A DNA stretch of 64,000 nucleotides from Tricharina praecox (GCF_024521635.1 NW_026250408.1:868001-932000); one strand, 5' to 3'. Shown: positions 23,896 to 37,508, numbered from the stretch's first letter. Made by a program: numbers and translations. The notes: generated by a model from the sequence alone, not told the origin.

Positions 23896-26325
23896 CGGTC
23901 GGAAACTTAGGGTTGAGCCACGGAAAACGCCACCGGGAAACGCCACACCACTGCCCTTTATAGGTACAGATGCTATGAAAGTCAGTACAGTTTGCGGACG
24001 AAAATATTGGAGGGAAGCATACGGAGGTGGGCGGCGATCATCTCCTCCTCCAAAGGAGTTGTCCGGCGACCATCTGGTCGCCGCATCTTCCGCGCCCACG
24101 CGGAAGTGCCGGTCCCGAGGGACCTCCAGTATTCATGTTTTTGAAACCGATCTCATCGCCACACTCGCAGATGTACGTGCAGGGCCCCTTCTCGAAATAT
24201 CGTTGGCTCCATCACCGCTGCCGACCACGCAACGTTCGTCGTTGCTGTCTTCCTCGGTAGCGGATGCCACTTCGTTCTCCGCGTTATCTTTGGTGAGGCT
24301 AGGCGCTTGCTGTGGACCTTTCACAGCGGCCATGCGACCAGCTTGTGTCTCGTGGCGGGCATGACGGTGAGTTTTTTGGTTGTTGCTGTGAAATGGTTTG
24401 TGTCGGTAGGTATATTGTGTTGTGAAGGTGAGAAGATGAAAAGATATGAAGATGAGGAGAAGAGAAGAGAAGAGCAGTGGTGTGGTTGTGTCGTTGGGGT
24501 TTTGTGTTGCATTGTGGGGCGTGAAGCCAGAAATCGCGGGGCAAGAAATCGCAACCCTAAAGCTTTGAAGGGGGCAAGTACTCACAGCCCTAAAGGTCGT
24601 TGTCGTGCCCTACCCAAACACCTATCCGCAGTGTGTTTGTCTACTGTTTGATCCACGTGAATTATCGGATTCAGATTCAGATTCGGAAAAGGGCTTCATA
24701 AACTACCTCCTACTCTGGCAATAGCAAGATCAGGCCTCTGAGCTACTAGTACTAGTATCCATCGCCATAGTCTTCGTCGTGAGCGTAACTTCGTCCTGAG
24801 CCGTGTATATCGTACATCCGCCGCCGAGTAACTATTGCTTCAATCGTGGACCACCACAGTAGAGTTTCGAGCTTTTTCTCTCAGGATATCTTCATCTCGA
24901 AGTGATGACAACCCCAGCTACCGCTCGGGTCAGCTCGTTACTTCGTCACATTCACGAAGTCGAGACGGCAGGTAGGCCTAGTCCCGCGATCGAGTGATAT
25001 TTACGGTACGGGTACGGGTTGAGGTGGTGAATCGTCGTTCGTGATTCGGAGTACGTTTAACTAGGCTGCAGTGACAACGTAAGGGCTACTGAGAGCTAGC
25101 GGAATTACTATCCACAGACTATCGTATTGATTGTACCGAGACTACGGTAGGCATGTATTCAGTGAAGCTAGGTATCTACTTAGTTTCGCTGTGTTCTAGA
25201 TAATTTCGTCATCTGCGGCGATTCATAATAGAGTGAGATGTAGTCGTGAACAGTGTATTATTGAAGTGTGAGGCTGTAGCCTCGTGAGAACAGAAGATAT
25301 GGGAAGAGGGTAAAGGCTCGTGCCTTCTAGCATGGTTAAGCTAAACAGATATTGGAACACAAGGCAGAGTTCTCCACGCGAGTGCTACTCCGTGAAACAT
25401 TCACAGCCACAATATCCGATATCCCCTCCCCGCACTGCCCATGCACGTACACAGCCGCTGCACGAAATGCGTATGACCCTTTTTCTGCGCACTCACCGAT
25501 TGCCGAGGATATGGTGATGATACCTACGGGAGATCTAGCGAGGTTGAGGCGCCCGAGGCGGGGTACAGACGCTGATCAGTCAGACCCTACCGGAGTTGGC
25601 ACCGCTGCGCAATGCGCATCGAGCAACGTGTGGTACGAATCATAATACTAAACGCCTGGTTTTAGCGACATCCGAGGTCTCTGCTCCCGAGTCTCTGATC
25701 TCAGAGTAATAGCAGTGAGATGACATAAGCACCGTTGACGCCGGGCGGTCCCACGCCCAACACCCAACCCATGTCGTACACACCGTTCGAGAAATCGAAG
25801 ATCACGAGTTCACAACACCTCCCACTCATGTGAAGTGCGCGCTTCGGTACCGACGTGGAACAATCCTCTAACCCTCGATATACATCCGCCCATTGGCTTA
25901 GTTAGGCCACCCAACGGAAGTTAAGCATCGCCCTGCGAACATCTCTAGTTATTAGCATAGTTATCCCAGGCGAGTATATAGAGTACAGCCTCTCCTAATA
26001 ATATTCCGACTTTCGGGTGTGTTGGCAGGGGTGACCTGGAGCCAAGGCTTATGCTGAAATTGCAAGTGCCTGTGCCTGTGGCGCATGCGATATGTATGGT
26101 ACGTGGAGATCTCATGTGGGCCTGAGACAGTATGTAGGAGGTAAGCTTAATGGCATACCGTATGCCTACAGCATGGATGATGATAAATACCCCGCTCGTG
26201 CACGTTCATTCATGAAGAATTTTTTGTCTCATCACTCATCCCATCACTTACCCCATCACTCAACTCATCTCTCAACTCATCTCTCATCCCATCTCACTCG
26301 CCGCGATTCCAATCCAATCCAATCG

Positions 26326-26839
26326 ATGACTTCGATAGCAGTACCATTGCTCGTTATCTCCCTTCTCCCGCGTATAGCGACTGCAGCCCCGCGCGGCGGC
26401 GGCGGAGGAGGTGGTGGAGGCGGAGGCGGCGGCGGCGTCACGTACGATACCTACATATCCTCTTCTCCGCCCTTTCACACAGATTAACAGTTCCCGCAGT
26501 GACGAAAAGACGCGTCTGATCCTCATAATAGTCCTCAGCATCGCCGGCGGAATTTTCCTGTGCTTCGTGCTGTGGCGATTCTGGGTGTGGCTCCGCGAGC
26601 GGCGAGATAATTCCGCCCGGGAAATGGAGGAGCGCGAATACCTAAAGAGCGATCGGCCGTATGCCATTATTGCGGCGGAGCAAGAGGCTCAGAGACGCAA
26701 GGAGGCAGAGGCAGAAGAGATGGGGAGGAAGTGGTGGATGCTGTGGAAGCGGCCCACGAAGGTTCAGAAGGAGGGGTCCGCCTTTGGGAAGCCGATCGCG
26801 TCAGTCGGGTTGTTGGCTGGTGGGATCGCTGGTGAGTGA
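26326..26839 (+). CDS. Small type I membrane protein, about 151 aa (signal peptide, poly-Gly, one TM helix, charged tail); intron 26442-26499
   Basis: MTSIAVPLLVISLLPRIATAAPR-(G)n-VT splices through a gtacga...gattaac...cag phase-2 intron into DEKTRLILIIVLSIAGGIFLCFVLWRFWVWLRERR. A further intron near the gtgagt at the 3' end is possible. Confidence 0.7.
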
Positions 26840-27160
26840 GTGAGTGTGAATGGGGCTAGGAAGGGTGGTGAATGGGACCTGGGAGGGCTGATCGTCTCAT
26901 GAGGGTTGGGAGTAGGCGGGCCATTCGGCGGGTGTATAATGTATTTCCATGTCGATAACGAAGTAATGACACCCTACACATCTAGTCTCGCCGTTCCTTA
27001 GAACTGATGGCATAGAAAGTTGTGGGGTGGTGAATGGGGCTGGGAAGGGCTGGTCGTACGTATGAGGCTTGGAAGTAGGCGGGCTTGCCGGTCAGTGAGT
27101 GGTGAATGGGGCTGGGAAGGGCTGGTCGTGCATACGTGTAAAGGTCGGAAGTAGGCGGGA
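26835..27160 (+). repeat. Degenerate direct repeats of about 70 bp (gtgaatggggctgggaagggctggtcgt...gaagtaggcggg)
   Basis: Three to four copies occur at about 26846, 26868, 27030 and 27102. Confidence 0.75.
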
Positions 27161-30100
27161 GTGATGGCGTGGGAAGTTGTAGGGTGGAGAACTCCAAACA
27201 GGATGCTCAAGGGGAATGGGAGGGGAGAGCTACCCAACTACTATACTACTATAGTGGAGAATATGGCTGCAGAACGAGGCCAACGCCCACCGTCGACGTG
27301 TTGGTGTGGGAACGAGTGTGTTCCTGTGAGTAGTCCACTAGCCGTTCGAAGGACTGGTGGTTGGTGCTTGGAACATTTGATGCGGTAGCAGGTCCAAGTT
27401 CCAAGTTTAGGTTTCTTTCTCTCTCTCTCTTGTAGCTGAAGCTCGTAGACACGAACATCTCACTCCACTCCATCTCCATCGTTCCAGTGATCACCTCCCC
27501 GAGTCCTTCCAATAGTTGGGAGATACCTTAGCTACCTATCGCACGGTTTCGCCGGTGCATGTATGTAGATACGTCGAGTGAGTAGAATGCAGAGTGTATG
27601 CATACTCTAAGATACGTGTTCCTCGCATTCGGTTGCCGCCGAGGCTCCTAACTGATCGGTCATGTCTCCAGGGAAATGTGGGCGCAAAGTAAACGCTGCG
27701 TTGCTGACACTCATGCTGGGTGCGTGAACGTGAGAGTGAATGGAACGTGACAGTGAATGGGACGTCAGAGACCTTTTGTAAGTGCATGCGTGAGTAAACG
27801 AGATGTTGCTGGCAGATTCCATTGCAGGCCTCCAATCGCTGTCAGCTATGTTTGGGCAGGCGTGAAGTGTCACGGCGTGCGAAGGGATAAAGGAAACCCC
27901 GCCAGTCTGAATACCAACTCTCGAGTACCCCCATCTCGCACAACCGGCACGACTGTCATTCGCCTTTCCAAGGACTACCTAGTAACGATTCGTGCTCATA
28001 CCCACCCACCTCTGCAACCACATCAGCGAGTGAGATGTAATGTACCACTGTACTCCTCTAGTGCATCCGCTCGAGTCGAGTCGTGATGCATGATGTCACC
28101 TTGGCGACAGTGTGTATAGGGGTGGAAACGGCCATGCACACAGCCCAGATGCACCGCGATCGAACGCAGCGATGATCGAATCCTCCCCTCCCCCGAAAAA
28201 AATGATGTCACCAGGGCCGCTGCATTCGCGGCGACTCGGAAAAACATTATTTGCGAAGCGCAGCGGTACTATGGCGGGGGGCAGATCAGGTGACGATTCC
28301 CTAGTGCGGACGGGCGGAACGATCGAGCACTTTGCCCTCCCCTCCCCGTGCTCCCCTCCCCTCCTTCCGGCTCGACGATCATATTCATATTTACCCATCC
28401 CCATACTATACATGACCCGAACAACCGGAAACAAGAACCGACTCCGGGGGGTGATCCCCCTCATACTATACATTCTTTAATGTACGGTGCATCAAACGGC
28501 TACCTACTACATAGAGTACCTACCACCTACCTACTGTTTACCCCGGATTGCTTCCCATTATTCCGGGGATTGACATCGACATCGTTACCGGTTCTATACA
28601 GTGCATGCTAGTACTCGGCAGGAGAGACATTTTGCCGACCCGGCCAACGGCCAACAGCCACCGTGGTCACAGGGCTATATACGGTATTTAGTAAATAAGT
28701 TGCGGATGAATGGAGTGGGTGAGCGAGCGAGCGAGCGAGTGGGCGGCTAAGCAAGCGATGTGCATCGCATCATTAGCATAAATCCTCTGATATAGCCCGT
28801 ATGTAGCTCATAGTCCGCAGCCCGCAGCCCGCAGCGGGAATGTGGAGGAGATGGTGGAGAAGGTGGAGAATGAAAAAAAGCTTTTAGTTACTGCAGGTCG
28901 GTAGAGTACCGTAGGTGCTCCTATGGACTCTACATCTGCACGGAGAGGAAAAGATGTGATCGATACTCGTATATACGTCTTTTTCGTTTGTTTGTTTACT
29001 TATTGATTTGCATACGACCCATCTCTGTGTAGATCATGGCAATGTACCAACCTTCGGCCATACACACTCCGTTTCCCCGCCACTGATCAACCCGGCTTTC
29101 GTCGAGCGGCCTGATGTGGCTTCCAGCGCTTGCCCACCGCCCCGGACTGTCCCAGCGATAAAGATAGATAGAGCGCACTAAAGAATTAAAGCTATGCATG
29201 GGAAAGAATAGTCCGCTCCTCACCCCGCCCCCGCCCGGCACCCTGCCCTGTACCTTCATCAGGTGATGCCATGAAGGCGGTTGTGCGGAGGAACAGCGGG
29301 AGTGACCCCGGATACTCGTCTGGAAGGGGGCGGGGGCGGTCAGAAGACGAGTGATTGTCTGTGACCATGTGGTTTTTTTTCTTCTCCCGTCTCCGAAACG
29401 CTATTCGGGGGGTTCTCGTCAGACAAAACTTCAGTAGCCAGCACACAGCGCCTGCCAACAGCATTAGTAGCCATCAACGCGGCAACGAGTGCCCCTTGTC
29501 CGTGCCGCGTGCACAGCCAGAGGCGACACGAATCACGATCAGTCGTCTCCGGCGGCGGCGGAGAGGGCCCGTGCCGTGCAGGTGCAGATGTTGGATATCC
29601 AACTCAACTCAATTCGTGCTGCAATTCTGCAATTCCTCGACTGTCGTATTGGTCGAGTACCGAGGTGAAGGAGGACCTAAGGTAACTATCGGCCCATCAC
29701 ACTTCCGCTAAACTGTGATGGCGATTGCATCTCAGACATTTGGGATCCAACTCGATGATTTTTGCTTTTCTTCTTCCAAGCCTGGGTACATTAGGTGCTT
29801 ACTTGTCTACATACAAGTCTGTATGTAGACAAGTAGTATGTATGCACAGTGTGTACTGGACGGAACTGCCAACCGCCAAATGCCAACTGCCAACGGTGCT
29901 GAATCTCTCCTTGAAACCGACTCAAACCTGCAGCTACCTCGCTCGATGGGAATATGCAAGCCGACCGGTCGGTTCAGCCCGTGGGCTTCGACGCGTGAGT
30001 ACGGCAGTGTATGTAAATACGGCAGTGTGTGTGTATATGTGTCCCCAGCCTGCAGCCGCTCCGCATCGTGTTTCCATCTTGCGTCGTGTTGCGAGATACC

Positions 30101-33100
30101 ATCCTCCCCCACCACCACCACCACCACCACCACCACCGCCGCCGCATCCTCCTTCCACCCGGACCGCAGCGGAAAACTGCACAACTGCACCGTGCACGAC
30201 GGCCCACGCCAACCGTAACCCGTTGCTGGAAGAACAAGAGGCACGTTACCTAGGCACGTACCTATGCGGGTCGAGTTGACACCGAGCGGTATATTCCCGT
30301 CTCCAACACCCACCCGCCCAACACCCCGGAGTAGATAGCATTTCCGCAATCGTCACGCGGCACGCGGTTCGTCGGTCGGTCCCCGTACTGCACTGTATGC
30401 ACTTCGCCTTCGATAGGCTTTGGGTTGTTGTTTTCAAGCCGATATGTAGGTTAGTAGTGTGTATGTAGTGTCCATAGCCCAACCGCTCCGGCCTTTACAC
30501 GGTGCCTAGAGTACTCTACATACATAACTGCACCGTGCCGCGAGGAAAGTGCATACCCGCCCCGCCCCGCCTAGATTAGGTAGATTAGGTACTCTACCAA
30601 CCTACATACGTGGTCGGGTGCCATCGAGCCGCCCGTCCCACCCGCCCGTCCCGCAGGCCGCAGGCCGCCCGCCAACCCGCTCGCTCGCTCGCCAGCGAAC
30701 GAACGAACGAACGAACGACGACGCAGACTACAACGCACCCGGGAGCATTACCTTGGTTCCTACTACGAACGATATTACCGGCCCTTGGTGTCGCGCGAGC
30801 AACCGCCGCCAGTATACCGCTAGTATCGTGGGTAACATAGCGCATGTAGTACGTTCCTTTAGGCTTCGGAGCGGTTCGCACCACCGACCACAGCGATTAT
30901 CTAAGCCCAACTGCGCATACCTACCCATCCAGAGTATCCATGCGGTAAGCGCCCCCCGCGCCCCCCGCACCCGCTCGCCCTCCAGCGCCAACGATCATCC
31001 TCTGACCATCCAACACCCAGCCACAATCGTATGCCCGACTCCCCGATCGGCCAGCATCTACGATTCAATGCGATGCGATTCCCCCCCTTTTGTCGCCTCG
31101 CCTCGATTCGATGCTGACAGATGGAGGGTCACGGGCGGACGCCACCGAGCACAGCACCCAAGCACCCACGCACCCTCCCGCGCATAACACCCTCCCACGC
31201 ACCCACGCATAGCACAGCACGCACCCTCGCATAGCACCGAGGCATAGTACACACGCATAGCACACACGCACGCGCGCTGCCGCAACCGCGTACGACCTGC
31301 GCACCACCTGCGCCAAGGTTCGAAGTTCAAACGGAAAATAGGCGCTGCCCCTGCGAGCTTTGCTCCGCCCAGTACTTGGGCATAGAGTTCGAGTCGCCGA
31401 CGAGACAGGCGCACCTTTCCCCCATAACTGCATGCTTTAGTTACGTCCCCTATAATGCCCACGCCCACGTTCACGACCTCACCACGCTGCGCTGCATAGG
31501 TACGGTAGAGTAGGTACCTATCATAGGCAGATATCATAGGCCGATAGGTATCCTACCTATGATATGTGCATAACCACCAGCACCACCAGCAGTAGCACCT
31601 CCAGCATCACCCAAAGCAACCGCTAGTTAACAAGTACCTCACTAACCACTGCATCACCGCAACCATCGCACCGCACCGCATTAGTTACGAGCGTGTAGCA
31701 TAACAGCTAGCCTGTCTCACCGAAGAGGGGGTGGTGAGACTTACGTTCCTTCTGCCATGTTCTTCCACTTCTTCTTCTGCAGCGTCTGACTCCGCTTGTT
31801 CTGCAGCCAGCTGCCGACAGTCCGACAGTCCGACTCTCCGCCTGTGGGGTGCTGTCTATGCTATGCTATAGGTGGACGGCGGAAGTTCCACATGAGCCAC
31901 CAGGGCTACATAGGTAGCTAGCCACGGTCGGGCCCACTGCTAGAGTAAATGCTCACTCGTGAGACAACTTGCAAGTCAAGTGGCAAGCCACACATCACGA
32001 CTCTTTGCTTTGCAAACAGGCTATATAAACAAAATCGTCTTGTATCCGTGAAGAATATGTGGAGGAGCATGTGGAGGATGTGGAGGAGCATGTGGAGGAG
32101 GAGGAGGACGACCACGTAATTAGAGTAACTAACGGCGAACCCATGCCAGCCACCGGACCGGACCCAAAACCGACCCAACGCGGCGGATCACCCACCACCA
32201 GCACCAGCACCACCAGCACCACCAGCACCACCAGCACCACCAGCACCAGCACCACTTCCACCACCACACGGGCCGCGATGTGATTTCCGTTAGACGGTTT
32301 TGGTATTCTTCCTTGCAGAATTTCGCTTTTTACTTTGGCTTCAGGATCTTGTTTTTTTTCTTCACACCCCCTCATTCTCCTCCTGCTCCTCCTCCCAGGG
32401 CGGTGGGTAGGGAAAATTAGTACACGTGCACCAACCCGACGAGTTGGAAAAAGCTAAAAGAGATCCAGAGCTTGAACAAAGAAAGAAAGAGAAAGAAAGA
32501 AAAAAACTAACAACAAGCGGAGATACATACACATGCGTATATACCTCTCTTGGGAGCAGCGGCCGGAGATGAAATGGGTGGGGGGGGGGGTGTCGTTATG
32601 TATCTATAGCACATAAGTTGGTACATAATACCGGTCGGATGCTTGCGGTGGTAGTGGGGGGAGGGAATTGGGGGGGATGGGATGGGGGGAGGGGTTAATT
32701 AACTCTCGCTATAGATCCACGGCACGGTTTACCATGGGCAGCATGGGGGCGGACGATTTTCGGCGTCGCTGTCGGTGCGATTGCCCCCGTCGTCGTCCCA
32801 CTATGTGCTCTAGATACTAGTACCGACTTCAAAACATGCCGCCCCCAACGCCGGTCGCCCATCCGTCGCATGCTTGCGTGGAGGATCGTATCCCGTCTGG
32901 GCAAGCACGCCCACGCCCCTGGGACAGTATCTAGCCAGGCACTGCATGCGTTCGGTTACAGAGAAGAAGCTCGGAGGCGCGGCGGCGGAGGAGAGGGCTC
33001 GTCGGAGGTCTGTGTCGTTTCCAGCAGCCCAGCAGCCCAGCAGCCTGGAGAAATGTGATAATCCGGTGATTGATAGCTGGATGGGGGGTGGGTCTCGGAT

Positions 33101-36100
33101 GCTACCGTATATGATATGATATGATGGCTGTGCAGTGCAGTGGAGACGACCCGAAACGAGGCTTGCGAGTAGCAGTCAGCAGTGGTGGGGCTCGACCGGT
33201 ATCACGGACGGATAGACGGACGGATGGACGGACGGACGGCGAGACCCCTCCCCCTCCCGCGCACTGCCCGACACAGACACCGGCACCGACACAGACACAG
33301 ACACAGACACGGTCGAAACGTCGGATCGTCGTCGTCTCCGACGACACGAACAACTCGGACGCCACGCTACTCCACTGCAGTTAGTCTCCATCGTCGTCGT
33401 GCGCGGAATCGAAGATGGCGACCTCGACCCCCAAGGCTTACCATTTTTTCGCGCCCGCCTACCTACCACGGCAGTACCTAGCCATGCAATTGGTCATGAC
33501 ATGAAGGCTGGCCCGCCCGCACGTACTAGTCGCGCATCATCATCATACAGACTCCGTGGGATGCGCGCGCGGGATGAACATCATATCATGCTGGCGGCCT
33601 CGTCAAAAGATAGATCAGGTGCGTCCCCGCCGCCGTCTCTCGCGCAAACCTCTTCGGATTCCCGTTCGGGCCAGTGTAGCCAGTCGTCCGCTTCCTTTTC
33701 TCCCGCTTCCTTTTCTCCCGCTTCCTTTTTTCCTTCTTTTTTTTAGACGTTGCAGCTTATGATCGTAGACGACAGAAAGCCGAGGAGAGGAAAACTTCAA
33801 CTGCCGGCGGCACCTTCAAGCAAGCAAGCAAGCAAGCAAGCAGGTGATGCGTGTGTAGAGTTGCATCTGCATCGAAGCCTAACCTGAAGCCTTGTCCTTG
33901 TATGTAGAATAGAGTATCCATCCATCCATCCATCCATCCTTCCTATGTACCCCCTAACAAACTACTCTGCACGCAGCGAAGCCTCGCAGGTGGGTATGTA
34001 GAGTATGATGAAGGATCCGCATGATGACCGCAACGAGCGGGCCCGCCCACGCACTCGCTCACGCACTCGAAACTCGAAACTCGCAACCCGCAGCCCGAGC
34101 CTCGCGCGTGCATATCTATCATACCCCATATCTACCGTACCCCATACCATACTCCATACCATAGAGTAGAGCAGATCTGGGATAGATCCTCCGCCGCACC
34201 ATGACCATGACCGCAGGGCCCGCAGCCTCGTTATGATTACGTCTCGGTGGATCTCTCCAGAGTCCAAGTAACCCCCGACCCCCCGATCCTCCGATCCTCC
34301 GATCCTCGTTCCCGTGGTCCTCGGCCGGCCGCGGCTCGTCTCCACATCTACCGTATCTACCGTACTTCATAGCTTCGTAGCGCCGTCAGCTTCGCGGGCT
34401 AGGTCTTGGCTTCATACTAGTAGGTAGAGTAGTCGAGCCTCGCGTCTCCATCTCCGGCCTCGAGCCAGCCTCGCTTTGGAGTAGAGTAGAGTAACGCCCC
34501 CCACGTGCGCCCATGCTCACGCCCTCGCCCCCCTGCGGCGTACTGCGGCGTGATGTTGGATGCTGCGGGCTGTTGGATGGGGATTGGATGCGTGATGTTG
34601 GCTCCGTGCTTGGATGCGGGTTTAGGTTCTGAACCTACCTATGTAGCCAATTGGTAACGGCACGAAAGTATGAATTTACAAATCATACATACGGTACCTG
34701 TATATGTAAATAGTAGTCGGCATTCGAGGGATCGGTATGTAATATGTATGGGGTATGTAGCAGATCATCAGAATTGCATACATACCGTAGGCGGACGAGA
34801 AAACACGCCGGCAACGAGAGAGGCAAGTATGCAGAGCAAGTAGAGTAGAGAAGCAGAGCAAGTACTTGTGAAGTCATGTTCTGCCCTGCTCTGATATGAA
34901 GAATACCTGGTATGTAATCTCGACTCTCAACCCGCTCTCGTTCCTGCGTCGTTCCTGCGGTCGCCCGTCCGCCCGCCCGTCCCGTCCCCGTCCTCCCGCC
35001 CGTCTGACCGTTCGTCAATCCGTCCCCGTCAACAGCATCATGCGGAATAAGGTCTGATGAGAAAGAACAAAAAAAAGCTACAAACAGAACCTCCCCCGTC
35101 CGCCGCGCCGAAAACGTCCTTGCATCGCCGTTTCTCAAACTTTCGAGATGTTTTCGGAGCCGCACACCCACACACCCCCACGCCCCGTGAAGTTGTAGGC
35201 TCCTTTTAGGTTTTCGATCGTCTCCCTCCAGCGTCGACAGATGCATTCGCTCGTTCACATGCAAAGTTTTTGCAAACACATGCATCCGACTCGACTGGAA
35301 AAAGACTAACAACTGTCCCGTTGCAATCCCAATTCCATCATCGCAGATCCAGGAACCAAAAACAGCAACACTGCTAGCAACACAGCAACACTGCTAGCAA
35401 CGAACAAACATTTCAAAGTAAAGTTCACAACGCATCCTGCATTGGAGATTTGTTTTTTGTTTTTTCCCTTCTTTTCTTTTCTTCATCCTTTCTTTTCTTT
35501 CCGTCTCAGTTCAGTTCAGTTCACAGTTCAGTTCAGTTTGCAATTTTATCTTATTTTATTTTATTTTTATTTATTTCCTTAACAACACCGTAAACGGCGC
35601 TATGTGTCCCGCCGTCGTCATTGAATCTCCCCCCTCGGGCCAGATCCATCTCCATCATCGGAGCTAAAATGAAGAAAATGAAAAGAAAGAAAAACACTAT
35701 ATACCAAAAGTTACAAGCATGAAGCAGCGGTGCAGGTCTCAAGACTTTGAGAGCGTTAAAAAAATGCCGCCATACAACCGCCCACTAGAGCAGGCCCAGC
35801 TAAACAAGCCGGAACGGAAAAACAGAAGGAAAAAAAATCCAAACTCCGCCCAAATAGCACAACACAACGCCTAAAAGGTTGATCCAAAGCGAGCCCCCTC
35901 CCGGTAAAGGAAGAAAAAAAAAAGAAGAAAGACAAAAAAAAAGGAAAGCTAGGAAAAAATTGTGGCAGCACAGTCGATGAGATGGACAATCCGATACAAT
36001 ACAGAACATAAAAAAAACAGACCCCAAAAACTCCATAATAATGAAAGGAAACAACCCCCCGTCCCCGTCCCGAAAAGTACGATAGGAAAAGGAAAAATAC

Positions 36101-36311
36101 AAAAGAAAAAATAAAAATCAAATGCCAGGTGCAGAGTCGATTCGGAAGTCGTAAATGAGTGTGTTGACTGTCCGCCGACCATTGCTTTTTTGTCCGGGTC
36201 GCCCCAAGCCGTGTATGGAAAATACTCCTGAAATTTTATGCCGTAATTCGTATGTCATGATATGCGCCTTGTCCCCAAAAACACCAAAAGAAATCGAACA
36301 GACGAGTCAAA

Positions 36312-37508
36312 CTAGTTGTAATGTCTGACCTCATCGTTGCTCGCATTCCAGTCGGTGCTGAAGACCTTCTTCGAACTTTGGTTCCAACCGGTAGTGTAGA
36401 CGTTCTTCGAGCTCGCGTTCCAGTCCGAGTGGTACACCTTCTTAGAGTGGCTCGAGACTCCGAGCTTTGCCAGACCGCGAACAATCTTCTCGAGGGTACT
36501 CCTCTTTCCGGTTCCCTCGAACTCCGACTCCGACGAGTCGTTGCCGCTGTCGCGTCTTCCGTACGAGTTCTTGGGGCTGATGGGCTCCATCATCTCGACA
36601 CTGGCGTCCGACCGGAAGCTGCCGTAGCTGGCAGGGCGCGCAAGATCTTCGGCGGTCTGGATCATGGCGAGCGATCGCTCGCAGTAGTCGTAGACGTTGT
36701 TGCTGATCTTCTCCCACTCGGACTGGTTGCGGACGGCGTCGAGGATGCCAGGGCCGTTCTTCTCGACGGCGATGATGTACTTCCAGAGAGCTTGGCGCTG
36801 TACTGCCAGTGTGCTCGCGGTCAGGACGGCGTTGATGTCTTCCTCTTCAATGGGGTAGAGGGTGTTGAGAAACGCGACACAGTTGCACTTGTTGAACCTG
36901 GGCAGTGCGAGCTCATTGGCCAATGTCTGTGCAGGAGTCAGCAAGTGATATCATGCAGGATGATGCCTGCAGGATGACTTACGAAGCGTCTGATGCCGGT
37001 GAGCGCAACCGCGTAGGTGCGATCGAGCTTGGTGGATCTGCTCTTGAAGTTGCGGATCTTGGCGTCGTGCTCGCCGCGCGCCTTGGTGGCCTTCTCCAGC
37101 TCCTTCTTGCGGCGGTGTTCGAGGTCGCACAGGTAGTCGAGAGCGGTCAAGGCCTTGTCGAAGTCGACATCCGCGAAGGTTTGCGGGAAGCAGTCCTTGA
37201 TGAAGGTGGTCAGGAAAACCGGAGGCAGTGTGCAGTGCTGTTCGGGAATTTTCTGGATGTGCTCCATGAGCGTGGTCTTGAAGTCGGCGGGCGAAGCCGA
37301 GGCGGTCTGGCAGTTCAGGGTGTAGATGATGCGGAGCGGCAGCCTCATCCTGGTAGCGTAAGGTTCGGGATCTGTCAGGACATGGCCGAGGACCCTGAAT
37401 CGGACGTCAGCATTGCGAATCCGCGATCGTGCCGAGATGTACCCACCAATTCATAGCCATTCCGGTTGTGGGGCTGGTTGGCGACGATGTTGGAGAGTAT
37501 TGTGACAT
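36312..37508 (-). CDS. Hypothetical fungal protein, about 362 aa; exons 37508-37447, 37394-36983, 36926-36312
   Basis: Two short introns (52 and 56 nt; gtgggt and gtaagt donors, gctgac branch points, cag acceptors) join three ORFs in frame. Codon bias is strongly C/G-ending. The core is helical (WVLGHVLT...LPLRIIYTLN, LPPVFLTTFIKDCFP...VDFDKALTALDYLCDLEHRRKKE, FLNTLYP). Confidence 0.85.

Larger units (their letters stand above)
21700..25360 (-). repeat. Right arm of the inverted duplication: two partial copies (21700-22435 and about 23960-25360) separated by gypsy-like and Helitron fragments
   Basis: It shows reverse-complement similarity to 15420-18490. There is also an internal direct repeat, aagtgccggtcccgagggacctcc, at about 21955 and about 24104. 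Confidence 0.85.

Noticed and set aside
15420..25360. Starship-type giant transposon
   Set aside because: No DUF3435 tyrosine-recombinase captain or typical cargo is visible in the window.
36321..37456. Plus-strand ORFs of 218 and 183 aa
   Set aside because: They are antisense shadows of the spliced minus-strand gene.
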